From an uncultured Gemmatimonadales bacterium (lineage in GTDB: Bacteria > Gemmatimonadota > Gemmatimonadetes > Gemmatimonadales > GWC2-71-9): DNA of 64,000 bases. Location: NCBI GenBank assembly GCA_963779755.1, contig CAVZZO010000001.1, positions 2,112,001-2,176,000 on the forward strand, in the 5' to 3' direction. The position numbers and the translations under genes were made by a program. This document shows positions 44,093 to 53,888 of this stretch, piece after piece. The number at the start of each line of letters is the position of its first letter. Positions within the stretch are counted from its first letter, which is position 1. Under the pieces are notes generated by a model that ran no database searches, was not told where the DNA came from, and was given only the letters and a program-made list of their open reading frames with translations.

Positions 44093-44139
44093 CCGAATAG
44101 ACCCCGAATCAACATACCCGAATGCCTCCCGAAGAGCAA
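44093..44139 (-). promoter_or_regulatory. lexA promoter (TTGCTC-17-TATGTT) with two TTCGG-N6-TTCGG direct-repeat boxes
   Basis: CCGAA at 44093, 44104, 44118 and 44129; -35 at 44134-44139, -10 at 44111-44116. Confidence 0.7.
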
Positions 44140-44490
44140 GGCTGTCGGGCCGCCGGGCCGGAAGCCAGAGGGTGGCCGATCCGGTGGATGATATTGCGCA
44201 TGCGGGGCTCCGGGGTAGAATCGAGGCAGGGTCGCCACACCCTGTGCGGCCATTGGGGCTTTCCCGTTACGTTGTAAGGGCAAACCCGAACGGCAGGCGC
44301 TGGGCCGGCCCCCACGTCCAACTTCTCGATCGATCACGGAGCGATTCGTTCTGCGTGCTCTGGTGTGCGGCAGCATCAGGTGTGTCCGGCCGGCCGGCGG
44401 CTCCGCGAGCTGCCGGGGGGTTTCCGCCGCCGGGCGGTCGGAAGACGGGGCCGTGATGCTGATCGAGTGGAGCGGACCGGAGGTGCCGAG

Positions 44491-46191
44491 GTGACCGAAG
44501 GCGTGGGCGTGCCTCCGGCGGTGGATGGAGCCCTGGTTGAGGCGCTGTTGCAGTCGCTGGTGAAGGCCCTTCGGGCGTTCCAGATGTATCTCCCGAACAA
44601 TCCGATCTACCAGCGGGCGCACCAGAACATCCGGCGGGCCTTCGAGCCGGCCTGGGCGGAGTTGCCGGAACTGGTGCTCATCGTCTCGGAGACCGACTTC
44701 CTCTGGGAAGACAGCGTGGTGTACCACCAGGCCAGCAAGCACGACAGCCTCGCCTGGACGCTCTACAAGGACGGGATGCGGGTGCTCACCTTCTCCCCCG
44801 GGGCGGAGGAGACCGAGGTGGTGCGCTTTCTGGAAGCGGTGCAGCGGGCGCGCATGCTGCCGGCCGAAGCGGATGACGACCTCAACACCCTGCTCTGGGA
44901 GCAGGAGTTCCAGTACATCACCTACCGGGTGGCGGAGTTCCTGCCGGAAGAGGCGCTGCCCGCGGTCACGGACGGGGGTGGCGCGCCCGCCGCACCCGAG
45001 GTGCTGCAGGCAGCAGTACGGGAGGAGACCGACTCCGAGGCGGCCAGCCAGCCGGGGGAGCGCCCATCCGGCATCGTGGATGTGGAGGATTTCGATTCTA
45101 CCCTCTACTTCCTGGATGAAGGGGAGATCGCCTACATCACCCGGATGCTGGAGCGGGAGTACGGCCAGGATCTCCGGCCCAGTGCGCTGCACATCCTGCT
45201 GGACCTGCTCGAGCTGGTGCGGGAACTGGAAGTCCGGGAAGAGATCCTGGGCATTTTCGACACCCTGCTGCCCAACCTGCTGAACGCCGGCGAGTTCCGG
45301 ACCGTCTCCATGGCGCTGCGCGAGATGCGCCTGGCCGCCGACCGGGCCCAGGCGCTGACACCGGACCATCGGGAGCGGCTGCAGCATTTCCGCTTCAGTC
45401 TGAGCAATCCGGCCGTGCTGACCCAGCTGCTGCAGGCGGTGGACGAGGCGACCGCCGCGCCCAGCGAGGAAGACCTGGGCGAGCTGTTCGGCGAGCTGCG
45501 GCCGGAGGCGCTGGAGACCATTCTGGTCTGGCTGCCCCGGCTTCGTTCCCCGGCGGTTCGGGGCCTGCTGGTGACCGCCTCGGAGCGCCTGGCCGAATCC
45601 CATCCCGCCGAGGTGGTGCGGCTGCTGCGGAGTGCGGAGTCGGAAGCGTTGCCCGGTATCATTGATCTCTGCGGACGCCTGGAGCTGCAACCCTCGGTGG
45701 CGGGACTGGGCGAGACGCTGTCGCATCCGGAGGGCGCCATCCGGGTGGCCGTGGTGCACGCTCTCATCGCCATCGGCTCCGCCGGGGCGCTGGCACATCT
45801 GGAGCGGGCGCTGGAGGACCGCGACCGCGAGGTCCGCATTGCGGCGGTACGGGCCCTGGGGGCCCGGGGGTATCGCAACGCGCTGGCGCGGGTGGAGCCG
45901 GTGGTGCGGGGGCAGGTGAACCGCGAGCTCGATCTCACCGAGCGGCTGGCGTTCTTCGAGGCGTACGCCGAGATCGCCGGGAGCGGCGGCTTGCAGGTGC
46001 TCTCCGCCATGCTGCTGCCGGGCGGCATCTTCCGCCGCCGGCACGGTCCCGAGGTCCGCGCCTGCGCCGCCCTGGCCCTGGGCCGCATTGGCACGCCCGA
46101 GGCGCGGGCGACGCTGGAGCAGGCGCAGAGCGAGAAGGACCTGGTGGTCCGCAATGCGGTGAATCGGGCGCTGCGGGAGATGGGACGATGA
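44491..46191 (+). CDS. HEAT-repeat protein
   Basis: GGAGG RBS then GTG; C-terminal HEAT/PBS repeats (IRVAVVHAL, VRIAAVRALG, VRACAALALG). Confidence 0.85.
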   Translation: MTEGVGVPPAVDGALVEALLQSLVKALRAFQMYLPNNPIYQRAHQNIRRAFEPAWAELPELVLIVSETDFLWEDSVVYHQASKHDSLAWTLYKDGMRVLTFSPGAEETEVVRFLEAVQRARMLPAEADDDLNTLLWEQEFQYITYRVAEFLPEEALPAVTDGGGAPAAPEVLQAAVREETDSEAASQPGERPSGIVDVEDFDSTLYFLDEGEIAYITRMLEREYGQDLRPSALHILLDLLELVRELEVREEILGIFDTLLPNLLNAGEFRTVSMALREMRLAADRAQALTPDHRERLQHFRFSLSNPAVLTQLLQAVDEATAAPSEEDLGELFGELRPEALETILVWLPRLRSPAVRGLLVTASERLAESHPAEVVRLLRSAESEALPGIIDLCGRLELQPSVAGLGETLSHPEGAIRVAVVHALIAIGSAGALAHLERALEDRDREVRIAAVRALGARGYRNALARVEPVVRGQVNRELDLTERLAFFEAYAEIAGSGGLQVLSAMLLPGGIFRRRHGPEVRACAALALGRIGTPEARATLEQAQSEKDLVVRNAVNRALREMGR

Positions 46192-47642
46192 ACGAGGAGG
46201 TCCGTCCCGGCACCGGCGGCGAAGGCGCCCTGCGGGTTGCGGGCCGCACGTTCCTGCTGGCCTTCTATACCGCCCTGCGCAGCCTCAAGCTCTATCCCAT
46301 CGAGAATGCGGTGGCGCAGAAGGCGCTGGACGAGCTGCAGGCGGCCGCCACCGGCCTGCTGGAGGCGGAGACCGAGATCGACATCCGGGTCGCGGGCGAC
46401 TTCATGTTTCTCAACAGCACCCGTCTGCGGCTGGAGCTGGAAAACTACGCCTCGTTCAGCCACGTCCTGGCCATGTTCCGCACCTTTGATATCGGCACCC
46501 TGCGGGTGCACCCGGGAGTGGAGCGGCGGGACTGGCAGATCTTCGTCGGCACCCTGCTCAATCTCTCCGGACGCGAAGGGGCCGCCGATCCCTTCAGCGA
46601 CCTGGTGGACCGGCTGCAGGCCGCGCCGGTCTCCAGCATCGAGCTGGAACCGACCATCGAGACGCAGGAACAGCTGGAAGAGCTGGAGCGGGCTCGCGAG
46701 CTGGCCAAGCGGACGTACTCCCAGGGCGTCGCCGTCACCAAGGAAGTGGTGAACAGCGTCCGCATGGGGCGCTCGGCCAATATCAAGAAGGTCAAACGCG
46801 TGGTGCAGGGCATCGTGGACCAGGTGCTGAACAACGAGACATCGCTGATCGGGCTCACTACCATCCGCGACTATGACGAGTACACGTTCACCCATTCCGT
46901 GAATGTCTGCATCTTTTCCGTGGCGCTGGGCAAGAAGCTGGGGTTCAGCCGGCTGCGCCTGTATGACCTGGGCCTGGCGGCGCTGTTGCATGATATCGGC
47001 AAGGCCCGGGTGCCGGTGGAGATCATCAACAAGGCGGGCGGCCTGGATGAAGGCGAATGGCAGACCATCCAGCGGCATCCCTGGATGGGCGCCCTGAGCC
47101 TGTTCGAGATGCGGGGGTACAGCGAGCTGCCCTACCGGGCGATCATCGTCGCGCACGAGCACCACATGAAGACCGACCTCACCGGCTATCCCCGGCATCT
47201 GCGGCCCCGGGAGCTGCAGCTCTTCAGCCGGGTGGTCGCCGTGGCCGACGGGTTCGACGCGGCGACCTCCCGGCGCAGCTACCAGACGGTGCCGATCTCG
47301 CCCGACGAAGTTCTGCGGGAGATGTGGGAGAACCCGCGGCGGGGCTACGATCCGGTCATCGTGAAGGCGCTGATCAACCTGATCGGGGTGTATCCCGTGG
47401 GCACCTGCGTGATTCTCGACACCTTCGAAGTGGCCGTGGTGGCTGCGACCAACCCCGACCCCAACTTCCTCAACCGGCCGCTGGTACGGGTGGCCATCGA
47501 CGCCGACGGGGCCGTGGTGCGCGCCGCCGCCCAGCTGCTGAACCTGGCCGATCGCGATGCCGCGGGGAGTTTTCTGCGCTCGATCGTCAAGGTGACCAAC
47601 CCCGACCGCTACGGTATCACCGTAGGAGACTACTTTGTCTGA
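46188..47642 (+). CDS. HD-GYP cyclic dinucleotide phosphodiesterase
   Basis: DEYTFTHS, HDIGK, HEHH...TGYP, ADGFDA...RSYQ; ATGA overlap with the HEAT gene. Confidence 0.88.
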   Translation: MNEEVRPGTGGEGALRVAGRTFLLAFYTALRSLKLYPIENAVAQKALDELQAAATGLLEAETEIDIRVAGDFMFLNSTRLRLELENYASFSHVLAMFRTFDIGTLRVHPGVERRDWQIFVGTLLNLSGREGAADPFSDLVDRLQAAPVSSIELEPTIETQEQLEELERARELAKRTYSQGVAVTKEVVNSVRMGRSANIKKVKRVVQGIVDQVLNNETSLIGLTTIRDYDEYTFTHSVNVCIFSVALGKKLGFSRLRLYDLGLAALLHDIGKARVPVEIINKAGGLDEGEWQTIQRHPWMGALSLFEMRGYSELPYRAIIVAHEHHMKTDLTGYPRHLRPRELQLFSRVVAVADGFDAATSRRSYQTVPISPDEVLREMWENPRRGYDPVIVKALINLIGVYPVGTCVILDTFEVAVVAATNPDPNFLNRPLVRVAIDADGAVVRAAAQLLNLADRDAAGSFLRSIVKVTNPDRYGITVGDYFV

Positions 47643-47654
47643 GCCCGGCCCCCG

Positions 47655-49730
47655 GTGACCATCCGCGGTTTTCTGGAGGGCTATGCCCGCGTGCTCGCCT
47701 TCGGCGGGCTGGCCCTGGCCCTGGCGGTTCTGGCGCAGGACGCGGGATGGACCCGGCAACCCCTGGTCACCCTGGCCCTGCTGCTGGCCGTGGTCGCGCT
47801 GCGCGCCAGCCAGATCTCCCTCACCAAGTATGCCTACCTCACCCAGATCGGCGTGCCGGTTCTGCTCGGCGCCGTGCTGGTGGGCGTCGCCCCCGTGTCC
47901 GTGGCGCTCTGGCTCGGCGTGTTCGTCGCCGATGTCCTCTGGGTCCGGAAGTCGTTCTGGGCGTCGTTCATCAACGCCGGGCGGGAGGAACTCGCCTTTC
48001 TGGCGGCCTTCGGCGCCTACGCGCTGGTGCTGCGGTTCACCCGGCCCGAGGGTCTGACGCTCGAGCTGCTTCCCGCCGTGTTCACGCTGGCCGCGGTCTA
48101 CTTCTTCGCTTCCCGGATCCTCTTCTATTTCACGCTCCTCTTCCGCCGCAAGCTGGAGAGCGACGAGCGGCTGGTGATCCTGCGGTACGAACTGCTCACC
48201 TTCCTGCTCACGATTCTGGCGGTGGTGATCCTCTTCGGCGCCTTCCACAGCCTCTCGCCCGCCGGCTGGGTCACCGTCACCGCCGTCATCACCGCCATCG
48301 GGCTGCTCACCAAGCGGATCCTGGAAGACGCCATCGGCGCCGAGGAGCTCAACAAGGTGCACGTGCAGGAGAAGGTGATTGCGGGCAATCTCAGCCTGCA
48401 GGACTCCTTCGCCGAGATGGAACGGCTGGCGCACCGGCTGCTCGACTGGGGCGACATGCGGATCTACCGGCTGGACAACGGCCAGCCGGTGCTGCTCTAT
48501 CGCGGGGCCTACGGCCGGCAGGGCCGGAGCGAGCCTCTCTATGACGCCGCCGTCCTGCGGCAGGAGGTGCTCCGCCAGGGCGTGCCCCTCATGGTGCACG
48601 ACGCCTACCGCGACGAACGGATCACCAGCCCCGATGCGGCCGCGCGGAGCATTCTCATCGCGCCGCTCGCCTTCGCCGACCGGCCGGTGGGTACGCTGGA
48701 GCTGGAACATCACAAGCGGCACGCCTACCGCCAGCGCGACATGGAAGCCGTCAACACCTTCGCCAACCAGCTCGCCACCGCCATGCACATCGCCGATCTG
48801 CGGCGGCCGCTGGTAGACACGGTGGAGCGGATCGGGCGGCAGGTGGAGTCGTTCATGCGCAACGCCGAGCTCCTGCGGCAGACCACCCACGCGGTGGGCG
48901 GCGCTACCCGGGAGATCGAGAGCGGCATGGGACGCCAGGGGGAGGCGTTGAGCGCCGGCCTGGCTACCACCGAGCAGGTGGCCGCCGCCACCGCGGAGGT
49001 AGCGCGCGATGGCGCTCTGGCGGCCACGGCGGCAGAATCGGCCAGCCGGGTGGCGTCGGAGAGCCACGATACCATCGGCGACGCGGTGCGGCGGCTGGTC
49101 CAGCTCAAGGCCTTTGTGGACGACAGTAGCCGGCGGGTGGAAGAACTGGGCCAGATCAGCGGCCGCATTACCGGGTTCATCGAATCCATCCGGGAGATCG
49201 CCGATCTCACCAATCTCATCGCGCTGAACGCCGCCATCGAAGCGGCCCGCGCCGGCCGGCAGGGCCAGGGTTTCGCCGTAGTGGCCGAGGAGGTCCGCCA
49301 GCTGGCGGCCCAGAGCTCCGGCGCCTCCCGCGAGGCCGCAGTCCTGATGGAGCTCATCACCCGGCAGGTGAGCGATGTCGCGGCCCAGATGGAGCACGGG
49401 CGCTCGGTGGTGGCGGGCGTGGAGGAACTGAGCGAGGATGCGCTCCAGGCGCTGAGCGCCATCATGACCACGACCCGCGAGGCCGGCGAGTACGGACGGC
49501 GGATCGCCGGGTCGGCCGAGGCCCAGCGCACCTCCTTCGACCGGCTGCGGGTCGATATCGAGCAGATCGCCACCGTCTCCCGGCATGCCCTGGCGGAGAG
49601 TCGGCGGCTGGCCGGGCGCGTGGCCGAGGCAACCACCGGCCAGGCGGAGATGGAGGAGGCCATCCGGGACCTGGCGGGCGTTGCCGACCGGCTGCAGGCG
49701 ATCGCCCGGACCTTCGCGGCCGACCTCTGA
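47655..49730 (+). CDS. Methyl-accepting chemotaxis protein with a multi-TM N-terminus and GAF domain
   Basis: [30 protein letters not shown] hairpin; GAF-like central region. Confidence 0.88.
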   Translation: MTIRGFLEGYARVLAFGGLALALAVLAQDAGWTRQPLVTLALLLAVVALRASQISLTKYAYLTQIGVPVLLGAVLVGVAPVSVALWLGVFVADVLWVRKSFWASFINAGREELAFLAAFGAYALVLRFTRPEGLTLELLPAVFTLAAVYFFASRILFYFTLLFRRKLESDERLVILRYELLTFLLTILAVVILFGAFHSLSPAGWVTVTAVITAIGLLTKRILEDAIGAEELNKVHVQEKVIAGNLSLQDSFAEMERLAHRLLDWGDMRIYRLDNGQPVLLYRGAYGRQGRSEPLYDAAVLRQEVLRQGVPLMVHDAYRDERITSPDAAARSILIAPLAFADRPVGTLELEHHKRHAYRQRDMEAVNTFANQLATAMHIADLRRPLVDTVERIGRQVESFMRNAELLRQTTHAVGGATREIESGMGRQGEALSAGLATTEQVAAATAEVARDGALAATAAESASRVASESHDTIGDAVRRLVQLKAFVDDSSRRVEELGQISGRITGFIESIREIADLTNLIALNAAIEAARAGRQGQGFAVVAEEVRQLAAQSSGASREAAVLMELITRQVSDVAAQMEHGRSVVAGVEELSEDALQALSAIMTTTREAGEYGRRIAGSAEAQRTSFDRLRVDIEQIATVSRHALAESRRLAGRVAEATTGQAEMEEAIRDLAGVADRLQAIARTFAADL

Positions 49731-49756
49731 GCCGGTCCCGGGGAGCGGCCAGCCCG

Positions 49757-50185
49757 ATGGAGCGGGTCTATCTTGCATTGGGGAGCAACCTGGGCGAGCG
49801 GGACAAGTTCCTGGCCCTGGCCCGTGAGCGGCTGGCGGCGCTGCCGGATTCGCGCCTCCTTGCCGCGTCCAGTATAGAGGAGACGGCGCCGCTCGAGGGC
49901 CGCGACCAGCCCCCTTATCTGAACCAGATGCTGCTGCTGGAAACGGCCCTCGACCCGGAGGCGCTGCTCGAGGCCTGCCGCGCGATCGAAACCGCCGCGG
50001 GACGGGTTCGGCACGAGCGCTGGGGCTCCCGCACGCTGGATATCGACATCGTCCGCTTCGGCGAGCGCGAGATGGCGACCGGCCGGCTGACCATTCCCCA
50101 CCCGGGCCTGGCCGGCCGGGACTTCTGGCGCCGCGAAATCGCCGAGATTGAGCGGCACCTGGCCGAGACGAGGAACCCACGATGA
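49757..50185 (+). CDS. folK: 2-amino-4-hydroxy-6-hydroxymethyldihydropteridine diphosphokinase
   Basis: LALGSNLG, YLN, RWGSRTLDIDI, IPHP. Confidence 0.93.
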   Translation: MERVYLALGSNLGERDKFLALARERLAALPDSRLLAASSIEETAPLEGRDQPPYLNQMLLLETALDPEALLEACRAIETAAGRVRHERWGSRTLDIDIVRFGEREMATGRLTIPHPGLAGRDFWRREIAEIERHLAETRNPR

Positions 50186-50994
50186 CTCCGGACAAGAAAC
50201 CGCGCTCGGCGCTCGACCTGCTGGCGATGAAACGGGCGGGACAGCGCATCGTGGTGCTGACGTGCTACGACGCGCTCACCGCGCGCCTGTTGGTAGAGGC
50301 GGGCACCGACCTGCTGCTGGTGGGCGATTCGGTAAACCAGGTGGTGGCCGGCGGCGCCAGCACCCTCACCGCCACCCTGGACCAGATGATCTACCACGCC
50401 CGCGCGGTCCGCCGCGGCGCCGGCGAGGCGCTGGTGGTGATCGATCTCCCCTTCATGACCTACCAGGTCTCGCTGCCCGAGGCGCTCCGCAATGCCGGGC
50501 GCGCGCTGGCCGAGAGCGGCGCCAACGCCGTGAAGCTCGAGGGCGGCCGGCACATGGCCCCGACCGTCCGGGCATTGGTGGAGGTCGGCATCCCGGTGAT
50601 GGGGCACCTGGGGCTTACGCCGCAGTCGGTGCATGCCCTGGGAGGGTACCGGGTGCAGGGCAGGGAGGCGGCGGCGGCCGACCGGCTGCTGGAGGACGCC
50701 CGGCTGCTGGAAGAGGCCGGAGCCTTTGCCATCGTGCTCGAACTGGTCCCGGCGCCGCTGGCCCAGCGCATCAGCGCGGCGCTCACCGTCCCCACCATCG
50801 GCATCGGCGCCGGACCCGGCTGCGATGGCCAGGTGCTGGTCACCCCCGACATGCTGGGGATGAACATGACGTTCAGCCCCCGATTCCTCAAACGCTATGC
50901 CCAACTGGGAGAGGTGATCCGCGATGCCGCCCGCCAGTACGGCGAGGAAGTGCGGGCGGGGACCTACCCGGGGAAGGAACATTCGTTTGAATAG
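50182..50994 (+). CDS. panB: 3-methyl-2-oxobutanoate hydroxymethyltransferase
   Basis: LLVGDS, DLPF, VKLEGG, GHLGLTPQS, GIGAG. Confidence 0.96.
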   Translation: MTPDKKPRSALDLLAMKRAGQRIVVLTCYDALTARLLVEAGTDLLLVGDSVNQVVAGGASTLTATLDQMIYHARAVRRGAGEALVVIDLPFMTYQVSLPEALRNAGRALAESGANAVKLEGGRHMAPTVRALVEVGIPVMGHLGLTPQSVHALGGYRVQGREAAAADRLLEDARLLEEAGAFAIVLELVPAPLAQRISAALTVPTIGIGAGPGCDGQVLVTPDMLGMNMTFSPRFLKRYAQLGEVIRDAARQYGEEVRAGTYPGKEHSFE

Positions 50995-51039
50995 GAATGG
51001 GCAGAACCGCGGGAAGAGGGAAACGGAAACCGCACTGCC

Positions 51040-51960
51040 ATGCAGCTGATCGAATCTCCCGCGGACCTGCGCTCCGCCGTGGCCGAGGCCCGCGTCGCCG
51101 GCAAGCAGATCGCCCTGGTGCCGACCATGGGCGCGCTGCACGAAGGCCATTTGCGACTGGTGGACGCCGCTCGCCACCGTGCCGGGCTGGTGGTCATGAG
51201 CATCTTCGTGAACCCGCTGCAGTTCGGGCCGCGGGAGGACTTCGCCCGCTACCCGCGCGATCTCGCGGCCGACCGGGCGTTGGCGGCAGCGCGCGGTGTA
51301 GACCTGCTCTTTGTCCCCACGGTCGAGGCCATGTACCCTCCGGGCAGCGAAACCCGGGTGGTGCCGGGAGCGTCAAGCGAGTTGTGGGAAGGGGCCTCCC
51401 GGCCGGGGCATTTCACCGGTGTCCTGACGGTGGTCGCCAAACTCTTCCACCTGGTTCAGCCCCAGGTCGCCTGCTTCGGACAGAAGGACATCCAGCAGCT
51501 GAGCCTGATCCGGGCCATGGTCCGGGACCTCGACTGGCCGCTCGAGGTCGTGATGGTGCCGACGATGCGGGAATCCGACGGCCTGGCGATGAGCAGCCGC
51601 AACGCCTACCTCACTCCCGCCCAGCGGTCCGATGCCCTGGCGCTGAGCGGGGCACTGGGGCGGGCGCAGGAGGCCTGGGAGGCCGGCGAGCATCGTGCTC
51701 GGGTGCTGGAAGCCGTGGTGCGGGAAGGATTTCGGACTTTTCCGGCGGTGGAGGTCGAGTATATTGCAGTCGTTGACCCTGACACGATGAACCCGGTTCC
51801 GCACGCGGAGGCGGGCACGGTGATTGCCGTGGCCGCACGGGTGGGTACGACCCGTCTCATCGACAACATCATTCTCGGGCGAGGGCTGGGGCATGTTCCG
51901 CCGGCTGATGAAATCCAAGATCCACCGCGCCAGCGTCACGGCGGCGGATCTGCATTATGA
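51040..51960 (+). CDS. panC: Pantoate--beta-alanine ligase
   Basis: [38 protein letters not shown]. Confidence 0.95.
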   Translation: MQLIESPADLRSAVAEARVAGKQIALVPTMGALHEGHLRLVDAARHRAGLVVMSIFVNPLQFGPREDFARYPRDLAADRALAAARGVDLLFVPTVEAMYPPGSETRVVPGASSELWEGASRPGHFTGVLTVVAKLFHLVQPQVACFGQKDIQQLSLIRAMVRDLDWPLEVVMVPTMRESDGLAMSSRNAYLTPAQRSDALALSGALGRAQEAWEAGEHRARVLEAVVREGFRTFPAVEVEYIAVVDPDTMNPVPHAEAGTVIAVAARVGTTRLIDNIILGRGLGHVPPADEIQDPPRQRHGGGSAL

Positions 51961-52264
51961 GGGCTCATTGACGCTCGACCAGGACTTGATGGAAGCGGCC
52001 GATCTCGTCGAATTCGAGGAGATCCAGGTCGTCAACATCAACAACGGCGCCCGGTTCAGCACCTACGTGATTCCCGGTGCCCGGGGCTCGGGCGCGGTGC
52101 AACTCAACGGCGCTGCCGCCCGGCTGGGCCTGACGGGCGATCTGGTCATCCTGATCAGCTACGGCGACTACGCCGACGATGAGGCCGCGGGTCATGCGCC
52201 GCGCGTGGTGTTCGTGGATGGCGCCAACCGGGTCGTTCGCCCCCCACTGCGCGCGGAGCGCTGA
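51893..52264 (+). CDS. panD: Aspartate 1-decarboxylase
   Basis: KSKIHRA, YEG/S self-cleavage site, TYVI, LNGAAAR. Confidence 0.95.
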   Translation: MFRRLMKSKIHRASVTAADLHYEGSLTLDQDLMEAADLVEFEEIQVVNINNGARFSTYVIPGARGSGAVQLNGAAARLGLTGDLVILISYGDYADDEAAGHAPRVVFVDGANRVVRPPLRAER

Positions 52265-52276
52265 TCCACGCTGGCT

Positions 52277-52861
52277 ATGGCCCGCCATCCGCGCCATACG
52301 CCGCCAGAGTTGCGGCCGACGATTCCCACCTGGGCCGTCATGTCTCCCGAACGGATCGAGCATGTCTACCGGGTGGCCGCGCTGGTCTCGGAGTGGGCCG
52401 AGGCCATGGGGGTGCCCGACTCCGAGCGCAACCGGTGGCTGCGCGCCATCTGGCTGCACGACGCCCTGCGTGACGCGCCGGAAGAGGAGCTGACCCGCTG
52501 GGCCCCCAGCATGACGGGCGCGGTCGAACTGCGGCACGGGCCGGCGAGTGCCGCCCGGGCCAAGGCCGAAGGCGAGGTCGACCGGGGGGTGCTGGACGCG
52601 GTCCGCTACCACTCCGTGGGCCTGGCCGAATGGGACATGGTGGGCCGGGTGCTCTACTGCGCCGACTTTCTCGAGCCGGGACGTGAGTTCGACGTCGAAC
52701 GGCGGGCGGAGTTGGCAGACCTGTTTCCCCGGGATGTCCGCACCGTGCTGCGCCAGGTGGCCAGCTCCCGGGTGCGCCACGCCATCAAGCGGGGATGGTC
52801 GCTGCCCGATCCTACCGTCCGTTTCTGGAACAGCCTGTGCAGCCACGAGCCACGCGCCTGA
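52277..52861 (+). CDS. HD-domain protein, YqeK-like
   Basis: RIEH, LHDALRD, HGPASA, VRYHS, ADFLEPGR. Confidence 0.75.
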   Translation: MARHPRHTPPELRPTIPTWAVMSPERIEHVYRVAALVSEWAEAMGVPDSERNRWLRAIWLHDALRDAPEEELTRWAPSMTGAVELRHGPASAARAKAEGEVDRGVLDAVRYHSVGLAEWDMVGRVLYCADFLEPGREFDVERRAELADLFPRDVRTVLRQVASSRVRHAIKRGWSLPDPTVRFWNSLCSHEPRA

Positions 52862-53271
52862 CGTTGCTGGGCGGAGGCGTCCTCCTCCTCGCGCTCGTGG
52901 CTTTTCTCCTCGTCCGTCCCCACCGCGATCTGATCGCCGGACACGCCTACGCCATTCCTTCCGGCCACAACCGGATTCTGGTCGAAGTGCTGAACGGGAC
53001 GGCGCGCCCGGGGCTCGCCCGCACGGCCACTCGCCAGCTTCGGGAACAGGGCCTGGATGTGGTGTACTTCGGCAACGATCCGGCAGGGCAGCGCGACGAG
53101 GGAGACTCTACCCGGATTCTGGTGCGGCAGGGCAGCGCCGACGCCGGCGAAGCGGTGGCGCATGCGCTGGGAACCGGGGTCGTGAAGCAGGCCGCTGATA
53201 CGCTCCGGCGGGTGGATGTCAGCGTGATCCTGGGGCCGGATTACGTACCGGAGCCTGGGCTCCATCCGTGA
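52837..53271 (+). CDS. LytR C-terminal domain protein
   Basis: One TM then VEVLNGT..PGLA, GN, DVSVILGPDY; start uncertain (52795-52837). Confidence 0.75.
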   Translation: MQPRATRLTLLGGGVLLLALVAFLLVRPHRDLIAGHAYAIPSGHNRILVEVLNGTARPGLARTATRQLREQGLDVVYFGNDPAGQRDEGDSTRILVRQGSADAGEAVAHALGTGVVKQAADTLRRVDVSVILGPDYVPEPGLHP

Positions 53272-53280
53272 AGCGTGGGG

Positions 53281-53323
53281 AAAGAGAAAAGGACTGATTC
53301 TCTCAGTCCTTTCGCCTATCTTT
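53281..53323. repeat. AAAGGACTGA palindromic element, copy 3 (short; between convergent genes)
   Basis: aaaggactga-ttctc-tcagtccttt. Confidence 0.75.
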
Positions 53324-53791
53324 CTACAACGGTTCTGTGCCCTGATTGGCGGCTTTCCTGGCCTGCGCCAGGTACGCGGGTTGCAGGTCCAGCAGGTGGC
53401 CCAGCTTGCGGACCAGCCAGGCTTCATGATCGGTGATCTTCCCGTCGGCCAGAATCACCCCCCACATGACTTCCGCCAGGACCATCTTCTGGCCCAGATC
53501 GTACCGCTCGGCGATGAGACGGGTGAACTGGAAGTCGTCGATTGCCTCCCGCCGCTTGGCCTCGGCCAGCTGGATCAACTCGCGCGCGGCGGGTTCCTCC
53601 AGCCCGAAATGCCGTTCCAGCGCGTTCAGGATATGGCGGCGCTCCTCCTCGCTGAATTCCTGGTCGGCATAGGCCAGCTCCAGCAGCAGCGCGCAGGCGG
53701 CGAGCTCGACCCCGGGAACACCGGACGGGTGAGTGTCCGGCTCGGCGCCGAGAATCTTCGTATGGACGAAATGGCGGATGGAATCGATCAT
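53324..53791 (-). CDS. TerB family protein
   Basis: ALLLELAYAD..FSEEE, FTRLI, ADG....E. Confidence 0.85.
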   Translation of the reverse strand: MIDSIRHFVHTKILGAEPDTHPSGVPGVELAACALLLELAYADQEFSEEERRHILNALERHFGLEEPAARELIQLAEAKRREAIDDFQFTRLIAERYDLGQKMVLAEVMWGVILADGKITDHEAWLVRKLGHLLDLQPAYLAQARKAANQGTEPL

Positions 53792-53854
53792 GTTCCAAGA
53801 TAGCCCGTTCTCACCCCTCTTTCGAATACCGGGGCACCGCGGCCTGCCGTCTGC

Positions 53855-53883
53855 TTGACAGAACGGTTAGCAAGTGCTAACCT
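53855..53883 (+). promoter_or_regulatory. tetR promoter TTGACA-17-TAACCT with overlapping operator GGTTAGCA-AG-TGCTAACC
   Basis: Perfect 8-bp inverted repeat at 53865-53882; ATG 5 nt after the -10 box. Confidence 0.8.
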
Positions 53884-53888
53884 GAGTC

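Noticed and set aside
44277..44330. c-di-GMP-I (GEMM) riboswitch suggested by GGGCAAACC
   Set aside because: Lacks the GNRA-capped stem and the following GACGCAAAG-like segment; an Infernal scan would settle it
45132..50249. 1705-aa minus-strand ORF, and similar long ORFs at 5308-8556, 29488-32040, 33678-35927, 43408-46044 and 62505-63869
   Set aside because: Antisense shadows of well-supported genes; high-GC codon bias removes stops and the translations have no recognisable motifs
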